From contig CAVYCN010000017.1 in NCBI GenBank assembly GCA_963767005.1, positions 1 through 43,104 of the forward strand: a stretch of 43,104 nt of DNA, in the 5' to 3' direction. The position numbers and the translations under genes were made by a program. Positions 16,459 to 26,961 of the stretch are shown in pieces. Position 1 is the stretch's first letter. Each line of letters opens with the position of its first letter. Origin of the DNA: an uncultured Actinomycetes bacterium. Lineage in GTDB: Bacteria > Actinomycetota > Thermoleophilia > UBA2241. The notes beneath the pieces are model-generated. The model worked only from the letters and a program-made list of their open reading frames with translations. It was not told the DNA's origin and ran no database searches.

Positions 16459-17463
16459 TTAGCCGCCCTCACCAGTCCCGATAACCCGCTCGTCAAACGA
16501 GCGGCGTCGCTGCACGTCCGCAAGTACCGGCGGCGCGAGGGCGTGTTCCTGGTCGAGGGCGACGATCTCGTCGCCGCGGGCCTCGCCGCCGGGCTTCGTC
16601 CCGAGGCCGTCTTCGTGCTGGGCGAGCTCGCCGACATCGAAGCCGACCTCGCCGAGTCGGGCCACCCGCTCGCCGGCGCGCCGGTGTACGTCGTCGACCG
16701 GCGCGTCGCCGCCCGCCTCACCACCCTCGAGACCCCGGCGCCGCTCATGGCCGTGTTCCCGCTGCCCGGCGCTCCGCCGCTCGGTGAGTTGCTGCCGGCG
16801 GTGGCTGCCGAGCGGCGCTCGCCCGGCCCTGCCGGTGCCGGCGCCGCGCCGGCCGCTGCGAGCAGCCCCGGCCCCGTCGTCTACGCCGACCGTCTGGCCG
16901 ACCCCGGCAACCTCGGCACGCTGGTGAGGGCGGCGGCGGCTTTCGCCGCCGCCGCCCTCGTCGCCTCGCCGGGCTCGGTCGACGTGTTCTCACCCAAGGT
17001 CGTGCGCGCCGGCATGGGCGCCGTCTTCGACCTGCCGCTGTACCATGAGGTGCCGCTGGACGAGGCCGTCGCCGCGCTCGGCGCGACCCGCGTCTACGGC
17101 CTCGTGGCGCACGGCGGCCGGCCGCTCGCCGACGTCGTCGATGAGCACGAGGCGGCGCCGGCCGGCTCGGGCGCGCCGCAGGTCGCTGCAGGGCCGGGCA
17201 TGCCGCCCGTCATGGCCTTCGGCGCGCCGGCCATCCTCGTGGTCGGGGCCGAGCGCGCCGGCCTGTCCGACGAGGTCCTCGCCGGCGTCACTGACCTCGT
17301 CACGATCCCGCTGCCGGGCGTGGTCGCGCCCGATGCCGACCGCTCCGGGCTTTCCGGCGCGGCCGGCGGCACGGTAGAGTCGCTCAACGCCGGCGTCGCC
17401 GGCGCCATCGCCCTGTACGAGCTTTCGCGTCGCCGCGACCGCGCGGCGCCGCCCGAGGAGTGA
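16459..17463 (+). CDS. TrmH/SpoU-family RNA methyltransferase (TsnR-like); start unresolved
   Basis: In-frame LTSPDNPLVK...RRREGVFLVEG, DPGNLGTLVR, VVGAERAGL, ESLNAGVA; first canonical in-frame start is only at 16543. Confidence 0.85.
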   Translation, partial: LAALTSPDNPLVKRAASLHVRKYRRREGVFLVEGDDLVAAGLAAGLRPEAVFVLGELADIEADLAESGHPLAGAPVYVVDRRVAARLTTLETPAPLMAVFPLPGAPPLGELLPAVAAERRSPGPAGAGAAPAAASSPGPVVYADRLADPGNLGTLVRAAAAFAAAALVASPGSVDVFSPKVVRAGMGAVFDLPLYHEVPLDEAVAALGATRVYGLVAHGGRPLADVVDEHEAAPAGSGAPQVAAGPGMPPVMAFGAPAILVVGAERAGLSDEVLAGVTDLVTIPLPGVVAPDADRSGLSGAAGGTVESLNAGVAGAIALYELSRRRDRAAPPEE

Positions 17464-17465
17464 CC

Positions 17466-18641
17466 ATGGACGACGCCCAGTTGAACGATCTGCGGGAACG
17501 CACGCCCGAGCTCGCGGACCTGTTCGGCGCGGCGGCGGCCGCGGCGGCTGCCGCGGCCGACGCCGCGGCGCTCGAGCAGGTCCGCGTCCACGCCCTGGGC
17601 CGCAAGAGCCGGCTCACCGAGATCCTGCGCTCGATCTCCACGCTGCCGCCCGAGCAGCGCCCCGTCGTCGGCAAGCTCGGCAACGTCGTGCGGGTCGAGC
17701 TCGAGAAGCTGATCGAGGAGCGCGAGGCGGCCCTGTCGAGCGCCTCGCTGCAGCAGGCCCTGGCCGGCGAGCGCGTCGACGTCACCCTGCCCGGCGTGCC
17801 GCTGCCGCTCGGCCACCAGCACCTGATCACGCGCACCATCCGCGAGGTCGAGGACATCTTCCTGGGCATGGGCTACAAGGTGGCCGAGGGCCCCGAGATC
17901 GAGCTCGAGTACTACAACTTCACCGCCCTGAACACGCCCGAGGACCACCCGGCGCGCTCGGTCGACGACACGTTCTTCATCGACGAGCGCACGGCGCTGC
18001 GCGCGGGCGGCGGGAGCGACGGCGCCGCCGGCACCGCCGGCAACGTCGACGCGCAGGGCGCTGCGTCGAGCGGCCACGATGCGTCGCTTCCGACCGGCCC
18101 GCCGCTGATCGGTAGCCTGCTGCTGCGCACGCAGACCTCGCCGGTGCAGGTGCGCACCATGGAATCGCAGCGGCCGCCCGTCTACATCATCTGTCCCGGC
18201 AAGGTCTACCGGCCCGATCTCGACGCCACGCACACGCCCATGTTCCACCAGGTCGAGGGCCTGGCCGTCGACCGCGGCATCACCCTGGCCGACCTCAAGG
18301 GCACGCTGCACGAGTTCGCCCGCGAGTTCTTCGGCGTCGACCGCGCCATCCGCCTGCGGCCCCACTTCTTCCCGTTCACCGAGCCGAGCGTCGAGCTCGA
18401 CGTCTCGTGCGGCCTGTGCGGCGGCGCCGGCTGCCGCTCGTGCAAGTGGTCGGGCTGGCTCGAGATCCTCGGCGCCGGTATGGTCGACCCCAACCTCTAC
18501 GGCTTCGTCGGCTACGACTCCGGCGAGGTGCAGGGCTTTGCTTTCGGCATGGGCGTCGAGCGCATGGCCATGCTCAAGCACGGCGTGCCCGACGCGCGCT
18601 CGTTCTTCGACAACGACCTTCGTTTCCTGGAGCAGTTCTGA
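17466..18641 (+). CDS. pheS: Phenylalanine--tRNA ligase alpha subunit
   Basis: NFTALN, HPAR, LLRTQTSPVQ, DATHTPMFHQVEG, FFPFTEPS, GFAFGMGVER. Confidence 0.97.
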   Translation: MDDAQLNDLRERTPELADLFGAAAAAAAAAADAAALEQVRVHALGRKSRLTEILRSISTLPPEQRPVVGKLGNVVRVELEKLIEEREAALSSASLQQALAGERVDVTLPGVPLPLGHQHLITRTIREVEDIFLGMGYKVAEGPEIELEYYNFTALNTPEDHPARSVDDTFFIDERTALRAGGGSDGAAGTAGNVDAQGAASSGHDASLPTGPPLIGSLLLRTQTSPVQVRTMESQRPPVYIICPGKVYRPDLDATHTPMFHQVEGLAVDRGITLADLKGTLHEFAREFFGVDRAIRLRPHFFPFTEPSVELDVSCGLCGGAGCRSCKWSGWLEILGAGMVDPNLYGFVGYDSGEVQGFAFGMGVERMAMLKHGVPDARSFFDNDLRFLEQF

Positions 18642-21139
18642 TGAGAGTGCCGCTTGACTGGTTGCGCGATTACGTCGCCTGGGACCGTTCCGTCGAGGAG
18701 CTCGCCGAGCTGCTCAGCATGAGCGGCTCCGAGGTCGAGGGCATCGACTGGGTGGGGGCGCCGCACGACGCGGCGAACCTCGAGCTGTTCCGCGTCGGCC
18801 GGGTGCTCACCAAGGAGCGCCACCCCAACGCCGACAAGCTCTGGCTCTGCACGGTCGACGTCGGCGCGGCCGGCGGCGGCGTGCACCAGATCGTCTGCGG
18901 CGCCCAGAACTTCGCCGCCGGCGACACGGTCGCCGTGTCGCTCGCCGGCGCGACGCTCGAGAACGGCCTCAAGCTGCGCAAGGCCAACCTGCGCGGCGTC
19001 GAGTCCGACGGCATGATGATGTCCGAGCAGGAGCTCGGCTACGAGCAAGCGAGCCCGGGCATCGTCGTGCTGCCCGCCGACTGGCGGGTGGGCGCGCCGC
19101 TCGCCGACTATCTGCCGGTCGCCGAGCCCGTGCTCGAGATCGAGGTCACGCCCAACCGACCCGACTGCCTGTCGGTCTACGGCGTGGCCCGCGAGGTGGC
19201 GGCGGCGGCAGGCCTGCCGCTGGCGCCGCCGCCCGTCGAGGAGCCGCCCACGAGCGGCGCCTCGGCGGCCGACGCGATCGCCGTCGAGATCGCCGACCCC
19301 GACCTCTGCGCGCGCTATGGCGCGCGCATCGTGCGCGGCCTCGCCGTGCGCGAGTCGCCGCCCTGGCTGAAGGCGCGCCTCACGCACGCCGGCATGCGGC
19401 CGATCAGCAACGTGGTCGACGTCACCAACTACGTGATGCTGGCCGTGGGCCAGCCGCTGCACGCCTTCGACGCCGCCAAGATCCGCGGCGGCAAGCTGAT
19501 CGCGCGCCGCGCCCGTGCCGGCGAGCACCTGGTCACGCTCGACGGCATCGAGCGCGCCCTGCGGCCCGACAACCTGGTGATCGCCGACGTCGAGCGCGGC
19601 CTCGTGATCGCCGGCATCTTCGGCGCGATCGACGCCGAGGTCGACGTGCAGACGAGCGACCTCGTGCTCGAGGCCGCCACCTTCAATGGCCCCAACATCA
19701 TGCGCACCTCCAAAGAGGTCGGCTGGCGCAGCGAGGCCAGCATGCGCTTCGAGAAGGGTCTCGACCCCTGGTACGTGCCGCTCGGCCTCGCCCTGGCGAG
19801 CCGCCTGTTCTGCGAGCTTTGCGGCGGCGCCGTAGCGCCCGGCGCGGTCGACGTGTGGGGGCAGCGGCCGGCCGATCCGCCCCGGCTCTGCTACCGCACC
19901 GACCTGGCCGACCGGCTGCTCGGCCTGCGGGTCGAGCCCGCTGAGCAGGCCGACATCCTCACCCGCCTCGACTGCGCGGTCGAGCCGGCGGCCGGCACGG
20001 CGCCGGGCGCCGAGGCCGACCTGCTCGTCACGCCGCCGCCGTTCCGCCGCGACCTCGAGCGCCCCGTCGACCTGGTCGAAGAGGTCGGTCGCATCCACGG
20101 GCTCGCCAACCTGCCCGAGACGCTGCCCCTGCGTGGCGACGCCATCGGCCTGCTCACCGCCGACCAGCAGGTGCGCCGCCGCCTGGCCGACGCGCTCACC
20201 GGCGCCGGCTTGGACGAGGTCGTCACCTGGTCGTTCGTGGCCGCCGAGGCTGCCGCGCCGCTCGGCCTGCCGGCCGGCGACCGGCGCGCTACGCCGATCG
20301 CCCTGGCCAACCCGATGAGCGTCGAGCAGGCCGTCATGCGCACTTCGCTGCTGCCCGGCCTGCTCGCCGTGGTCGCCGGCAACCTCGCCCACCAGGCCGA
20401 GCGGGTGACCGTGTTCGAGCAGGGCCGCGTCTACCTGCCGCGGGTCGGCCGCGCGCTGCCGGTGCCGGTGTCCGGACCCAAGCAGACGTGCCAGCCGCAT
20501 CCGGTCGACGAGCCCGAGATGCTCGGCATCGCGCTCTGCGGTCCGGCCGGCGCCGAAAGCTGGGCGGCCGCGGCTCGCCCGACCGACTTCTTCACGCTCA
20601 AGGGCTACGTCGAGCGCCTGCTCGCCGCGCTCGAGATCGGCGGTGCGACCTACGAGCGCTCGACCGAGCCGTACCTGCACCCGGGCAAGGCCGCCAGGCT
20701 CCTGCTGGACGGCGAGGTCGTGGGCTCGTTCGGCCTGCTGCGGCCCGACGTGGCGGCGCGCTGCGGCGTCGCGGGCGCCGAGGTCTGGGTGGCCGATCTC
20801 GCCGTGGCGCCGCTCGCCGCGCGCGGCCTGCAGACGGCCCTCTTCGAGGACCTGCTCAGCTACCCGGCGGCCACTCAGGACCTGGCGATCGTGCTCGACG
20901 CCGACGTGCCGGCGGCCACGGTGCTCGAGCTCGTGCGCCGGGCCGGCGGCAAGGTGCTGCGCGACGCCGTCGTGTTCGACGTCTACGAGGGCGACCAGGT
21001 GCCGCCCGGCAAGCGCTCGCTGGCCGTGCGCCTGGTCATGCGCGCGGCCGACCGCACGCTCACCGAGAAAGACATCGGCAGCGTGCGCCGCAAAGTGCTC
21101 GCCGTGCTCGAGCGCGAGCTCGCGGCGACGCTGCGGTAG
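18641..21139 (+). CDS. pheT: Phenylalanine--tRNA ligase beta subunit
   Basis: HPNADKL, IVCGAQN, RGVESDGM, TPNRPDCLS, DLVEEVGRIHG, FDVYEG; TGATG coupling to pheS. Confidence 0.97.
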   Translation: MRVPLDWLRDYVAWDRSVEELAELLSMSGSEVEGIDWVGAPHDAANLELFRVGRVLTKERHPNADKLWLCTVDVGAAGGGVHQIVCGAQNFAAGDTVAVSLAGATLENGLKLRKANLRGVESDGMMMSEQELGYEQASPGIVVLPADWRVGAPLADYLPVAEPVLEIEVTPNRPDCLSVYGVAREVAAAAGLPLAPPPVEEPPTSGASAADAIAVEIADPDLCARYGARIVRGLAVRESPPWLKARLTHAGMRPISNVVDVTNYVMLAVGQPLHAFDAAKIRGGKLIARRARAGEHLVTLDGIERALRPDNLVIADVERGLVIAGIFGAIDAEVDVQTSDLVLEAATFNGPNIMRTSKEVGWRSEASMRFEKGLDPWYVPLGLALASRLFCELCGGAVAPGAVDVWGQRPADPPRLCYRTDLADRLLGLRVEPAEQADILTRLDCAVEPAAGTAPGAEADLLVTPPPFRRDLERPVDLVEEVGRIHGLANLPETLPLRGDAIGLLTADQQVRRRLADALTGAGLDEVVTWSFVAAEAAAPLGLPAGDRRATPIALANPMSVEQAVMRTSLLPGLLAVVAGNLAHQAERVTVFEQGRVYLPRVGRALPVPVSGPKQTCQPHPVDEPEMLGIALCGPAGAESWAAAARPTDFFTLKGYVERLLAALEIGGATYERSTEPYLHPGKAARLLLDGEVVGSFGLLRPDVAARCGVAGAEVWVADLAVAPLAARGLQTALFEDLLSYPAATQDLAIVLDADVPAATVLELVRRAGGKVLRDAVVFDVYEGDQVPPGKRSLAVRLVMRAADRTLTEKDIGSVRRKVLAVLERELAATLR

Positions 21140-21247
21140 GGCAGAGGCGAACGGCACGCAGCGCGGGGCGTGCGGGGCCGGTCGCGCCGAGCCGCCGTCG
21201 CGCTCTGACTACCGCACGGCAAGTTCTCAGGTATTCGAGCGTGCTGG

Positions 21248-21276
21248 TTGCATGATTCTCGACGGTCGTGTAACGT
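21248..21276 (+). promoter_or_regulatory. sigmaA promoter of argCJB; the -35 overlaps an ARG-box-like half site
   Basis: TTGCAT-17-TAACGT. Confidence 0.6.
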
Positions 21277-21286
21277 TCCGCGGACC

Positions 21287-21403
21287 ATGAGCCGTCAGAG
21301 CGACATCATCCTTTGCTCGACGCGCCGCTCCCGCGGCGCCCTCGACGGCTGCTCGCGCCTTCGGTCTCGACGTGCACGACGCACGCCGGCCGGTGGTCGC
21401 TAG
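21287..21403 (+). CDS. Candidate Arg-rich leader peptide of the arg operon (38 aa)
   Basis: MSRQSDIILCSTRRSRGALDGCSRLRSRRARRTPAGGR*; ATG 10 nt after the -10; 11 Arg. Confidence 0.5.
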   Translation: MSRQSDIILCSTRRSRGALDGCSRLRSRRARRTPAGGR

Positions 21404-21509
21404 CGCCTGGTCTCGCCCTCGCTTCATCGCCTGAGACGCTCCTCGCGCCCCACCGTGCCGGCCGTCGCTGCCAGCCGCCGTCCCGCCACGAAAGGTCGCG
21501 AAGCCGCTC

Positions 21510-22588
<1,079 letters not shown>

Positions 22589-22592
<4 letters not shown>

Positions 22593-23968
22593 CGGTCGAG
22601 CAGAAGACGCCGCGCAGCTCGACGCCGGCCCCGCCGGCTCACGAGGCGGCGCGGCCGGCGTCGCCGCGCAAGCCGCACACCGCCCTCACCCTGCCGCTGC
22701 GCGACTGCGGGCCCACCGACCAGCTTCCGCCGAGCCGCTTCGTCGCACTGCCCGAGGGCGTCACGCAGGCGACCGGCTCGGTCACCCATCCGGCCGGCTT
22801 CCGCGCGGCCGGCCTGCACGCCGGCCTCAAGCGCAGCGGCCGGCCCGACCTGGCGCTGCTCGCCTCGGACGCGCCCTGCGTCTCGGCCGTGCTGTTCACC
22901 ACGAACGCCGCGGCGGCGGCGCCGGTGCGTCTCACGCGCAGCTCGTCGTCGTGCGACCGGCTGCGGGGCGCCGTAGTCAATTCTGGCAACGCCAACGCCT
23001 GCACCGGCAAGCGCGGGCTCGGCGACGCGGCGCAGATGCGCCGCGTCGCCGCCGACGAGCTGGGCCTGCACCCCGAAGAGGTCGCCGTCGCCTCGACCGG
23101 CGTGATCGGCGTGCCGCTGCCGATCGAGCGCATCGTGCGCGGCATCGCCGCCGCCGGCCGCGCGCTCTCGCCCGCCGGCGGTCCCGACTTCGCGGCGGCC
23201 ATCCGCACGACCGACCGCACCCCCAAGGCCGGCGCCCTGACCGTGCCGCTCGGCGAGGGAGAGGTGCGCATCGGCCTGGCCGCCAAGGGCGCCGGCATGA
23301 TCTCGCCGCGCCTGGCCACCACGCTGTCGTTCGTGACGACCGACGCGGCGATCTCGCAGCCGGCGCTCGACGATCTGCTGCGCCGCGTCGTGGCGCGCAC
23401 CTTCAACAGCGTCACGGTCGACGGCCAGCAGTCGACCAACGACATGGCGCTGTGCCTGGCCAACGGCGCCTCGGGCGTGAGCGTGAGCGGCCCCGACGTG
23501 GCCGTCTTCGAAGCGGCGCTCGAGGCCGGCATGCTGGCCCTGGCGGTCGCCCTGGTGGGCGACGGCGAGGGCGCCACCCACACCGTGCGGCTCACCGTGA
23601 CGGGCGCCTGGGACGACGCCGAGGCGGCCAGCGTGGCGCGCGCCATCGGCGACTCGCCGCTCGTGAAGGCGGCGTTCTTCGGCGCCGACCCCAACTGGGG
23701 CCGCATCGTGCAGGCCGCCGGCCAGGTGATCGACGCCGGCGGCGGCGCACGCCTGCGCGTCGAGGTGAGCTACGGCGACGTCGCGGTCGTGCGCGACGGC
23801 GAGCCCGTCGGCCTGCCGGCCGCTCGCCGTCGCGCCCTCGCGGCCGTCATGGCGGCGCCCGAGATCGACCTACGTGTCACGCTGCACCGCGGCCCCGGCA
23901 CGGCCACGGTCTACTTCAGCGACTTGAGCCACGAGTACGTGTCCGTCAATTCCGAGAGCACCACCTAG
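22589..23968 (+). CDS. argJ: Ornithine acetyltransferase ArgJ
   Basis: NSGNANACTG, STGVIG, IRTTD, KGAGMISPRLAT, DGEGAT, DPNWGRI; GTGA overlap with argC. Confidence 0.95.
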
Positions 23969-23981
23969 CGAGGTGACCGAC

Positions 23982-24857
23982 ATGACCGATGCCCACCAGC
24001 GGACGGTCCAGACCCTGGTCGAGGCCCTGCCGTACATCCGCCGCTTCCGCGGCACGACCATGGTCCTCAAGTACGGCGGCGCGGCGATGACCTCGCCGCA
24101 GCTCGCCGAGCAGTTCGCCAAGGACGTCGTGCTGCTCAAGCTCGTCGGCCTGCGGCCCATCATCGTGCACGGCGGCGGCCCCGAGATCACGCGGCAGATG
24201 AACCGGCTCGGCATGGAGGCGGTGTTCGTCGACGGCCAGCGCGTGACCGACGCCGCCACGCTCGAGGTGGCGAGCATGGTGCTGGTCGGCAAGGTCAACC
24301 GCGACATCGTCGGCCTGATCAACAGCCACGGCGGCACGGCGGTCGGCCTGTCGGGCCAGGACGGCCGCCTGATCCACGCCGAGGTCAAGGAGCACGTCGA
24401 CCTCGAGGGCAACGCCGTCGACCTGGGCTTCGTCGGCTCGGTCGCCGGCATCGACACGTCGGTGCTCGACCTGCTCGCCGACGACATGATCCCGGTCGTG
24501 GCGAGCGTCGGCGCCGACGACGGCGGCCAGGTCTACAACATCAACGCCGACACGGTGGCCGGCGACCTGGCCGCCGCGGTCAGGGCCGAGAAGCTCGTCT
24601 TTCTGACCGACGTCGGCGGCATCCTCGCAGAGGACGGCTTCGAGCAGAGCGTCGTGAGCGAGTGCGACCTGGCCCAGTTGGGCGCGCTGCAGGGCGCCGG
24701 CAAGATATCCGGCGGCATGCTGCCCAAGGTGGCGGCCGTGCGGCGCGCGCTCGAGGGCGGCGTGACGAGCGCTCACATCGTCGACGGCCGCGTGGCCCAC
24801 GCCGTGCTGCTCGAGGTGCTCACCGACGCCGGCTGCGGCACCAAGGTCGTGTCGTGA
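23982..24857 (+). CDS. argB: Acetylglutamate kinase
   Basis: LVEALPYI, KYGGAAM, VHGGGP, RVTD, YNINAD, GGMLPK; GAGGTG SD. Confidence 0.97.
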   Translation: MTDAHQRTVQTLVEALPYIRRFRGTTMVLKYGGAAMTSPQLAEQFAKDVVLLKLVGLRPIIVHGGGPEITRQMNRLGMEAVFVDGQRVTDAATLEVASMVLVGKVNRDIVGLINSHGGTAVGLSGQDGRLIHAEVKEHVDLEGNAVDLGFVGSVAGIDTSVLDLLADDMIPVVASVGADDGGQVYNINADTVAGDLAAAVRAEKLVFLTDVGGILAEDGFEQSVVSECDLAQLGALQGAGKISGGMLPKVAAVRRALEGGVTSAHIVDGRVAHAVLLEVLTDAGCGTKVVS

Positions 24858-24985
24858 GCGGCATCGCGGCGGGCGCCGCGGCGACCCCGGCGGCGGGGGG
24901 CGCGGCGACGGTCCCGGCGGCGGCGCCGGTGGTCGAGACGACCCCGGCGGCGGGCGACCGGCACGGCTCGTGCGGCGACGGGGCA

Positions 24986-25021
24986 TCGACGCGAGCGGGC
25001 GTCGTGTATAGTATGCACGAC
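24986..25021 (+). promoter_or_regulatory. Internal promoter for argR-argG-argH overlapped by an ARG-box-like inverted repeat
   Basis: TCGACG-17-TAGTAT; GTCGTGTAT-agt-ATGCACGAC at 25001-25021. Confidence 0.6.
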
Positions 25022-25078
25022 ATTCTTGTATCGAGGGGGACTCGGCGGCCGCGGGGCGGCCGTGGGCAGGTGGGGGCG

Positions 25079-25573
25079 ATGTCGGCATCTCTTGTCCGCT
25101 ACAGGCAGAAGGCGATGAGCAAGGCGGAGCGCCAGAGACTCATCCAGACGGTGATCACGCAGCGCGAGGTCGCGACGCAGCGCGAGCTCGTGCACGCGCT
25201 CGGCGCGCTCGGCTGCGAGGTCACCCAGGCGACCGTGTCGCGTGACATCCGCGAGCTCGACCTGCAGAAGGTGCGCACGCACCTGGGCCGCGCGCGCTAC
25301 GTGCTCTCGTCGCGCGAGCGGCCCAAAGACCCGGAGCAGGCCGCCGGCCACGTGCTGCGCGACTTCGCGCGCTCGACGGCCGTCGCCCAGAACATGGTCG
25401 TGGTGCGCTGCGAGATCGGCACGGCCTCGACCGTCGCCCGCCAGATCGACAACCTGAACCACACCGACGTCGTCGGCACGCTGGCCGGCGACGACACCTT
25501 CGTGATCATCCTCAAGGATCAGGCCACGGCCGTCGACATGCAGCGGTTCGTCGACCGCCTCCGAGAGGCCTAG
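25079..25573 (+). CDS. argR: Arginine repressor
   Basis: TQRELV, VTQATVSRDIREL, VVGTLAGDDT; start 25079 or 25115. Confidence 0.96.
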   Translation: MSASLVRYRQKAMSKAERQRLIQTVITQREVATQRELVHALGALGCEVTQATVSRDIRELDLQKVRTHLGRARYVLSSRERPKDPEQAAGHVLRDFARSTAVAQNMVVVRCEIGTASTVARQIDNLNHTDVVGTLAGDDTFVIILKDQATAVDMQRFVDRLREA

Positions 25574-25679
25574 CGCGCAGGCACCTCTCGCGCGCATGCC
25601 ATCGGCCGGCTGCCACGCTGCCGGCTTCTTCTCGCACCCCTCATCGACCGCGCGTCGCGGATCTCGAAAGGAACGACCA

Positions 25680-26933
25680 GTGACAGAGAACAAGACCGTC
25701 GTCCTCGCCTACTCCGGTGGCCTCGACACCTCGGCCCTGATCCCCTGGCTCAGAGAGAAGGACGGCTACGACGTGGTGGCCTGCCTCGTCGACCTGGGCC
25801 GCGTCAAGGACGTGCCCGGCATCATGGCGCGGGCCGAGGCAGCCGGCGCCGTCGCCGCCCTTGCGATCGACGCCAAGGACGAGTTCGCCGAGCACCACTG
25901 CCTGCCGGCGCTCATGGCCAACGCCCTCTACGAGGACAAGTACCCGCTCTCGACGGCGATCGGCCGGCCGCTGATCGCCAAGAAGCTCGTCGAGACGGCC
26001 CACAAGTACGGCGCCGCGGCCGTGGCCCACGGCTGCACCGGCAAGGGCAACGACCAGGTGCGCGTCGACATCGGCGTGCGTGCCCTCGACCCGAGCCTCG
26101 CCATCATCGCCCCCGCGCGCGGCGCCGACTGGCCGAGCCGCGAGGAGCTGATCGATTACGTCACGGCGCACGGCATCCCGATCAACCTCTCCAAGAAGAG
26201 CCCCTACTCGATCGACGAGAACCTCTGGGGACGCAGCAACGAGTGCGGCGTGCTCGAAGACCCATGGGTGGCGCCGCCCGAGGACGCCTTCCAGTTCGTC
26301 AAGTCGGTGGCCGACGCGCCCGACGAGCCCGAGCACGTCGTCGTGAGCTTCGAGAAGGGTAAGCCGGTCGCGCTCGATGGTGCGGCGATGAGCATGGTCG
26401 AGCTGATCGAGACGATCGACGGGATCGGCAACAGGCACGGCTTCGGCCGCGTCGACATGATCGAGAACCGCCTGGTCGGCATCAAGAGCCGCGAGGTCTA
26501 CGAGGTGGCCGGCTCGCTTGCGCTGATCACGGCGCACCGCGAGCTCGAGGACCTCGTGCTCACTCGCGACCTGCTGCACTTCAAGCGCACGATCGAGAGC
26601 AAGCTCTCCGACATGATCTACGAGGGTCAGTGGTTCGACCCGCTCACCGAGGCCTGCAAGGCGTTCCTGTTCCAGAGCCAGGAGCGTGTGACCGGCGACG
26701 TGCGGCTGCGCTTCCACAAGGGCGGCTGCGTGGCCGACGGCCGGCGCAGCGACTACTCGCTCTACAGCTACAAGCTCGCCACCTACACCGACGAGGATGA
26801 GTTCTCGCACGAGGCGGCGGCCGGCTTCATCACGCTCTGGGGCCTGCCGATCGAGGTCTGGGCGCGCATCGGCAAGGAGCACGACCTCATGCACGACCTG
26901 GACGTCGACGACGGGGCGGCCACGCCGGCGTGA
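25680..26933 (+). CDS. argG: Argininosuccinate synthase
   Basis: LAYSGGLDTS, HGCTGKGNDQVR, YSIDENLWG, ENRLVGIKSREVYE. Confidence 0.98.
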   Translation: MTENKTVVLAYSGGLDTSALIPWLREKDGYDVVACLVDLGRVKDVPGIMARAEAAGAVAALAIDAKDEFAEHHCLPALMANALYEDKYPLSTAIGRPLIAKKLVETAHKYGAAAVAHGCTGKGNDQVRVDIGVRALDPSLAIIAPARGADWPSREELIDYVTAHGIPINLSKKSPYSIDENLWGRSNECGVLEDPWVAPPEDAFQFVKSVADAPDEPEHVVVSFEKGKPVALDGAAMSMVELIETIDGIGNRHGFGRVDMIENRLVGIKSREVYEVAGSLALITAHRELEDLVLTRDLLHFKRTIESKLSDMIYEGQWFDPLTEACKAFLFQSQERVTGDVRLRFHKGGCVADGRRSDYSLYSYKLATYTDEDEFSHEAAAGFITLWGLPIEVWARIGKEHDLMHDLDVDDGAATPA

Positions 26934-26961
26934 GCGCCACGGGCACAGTGAGGGAGGGGCG

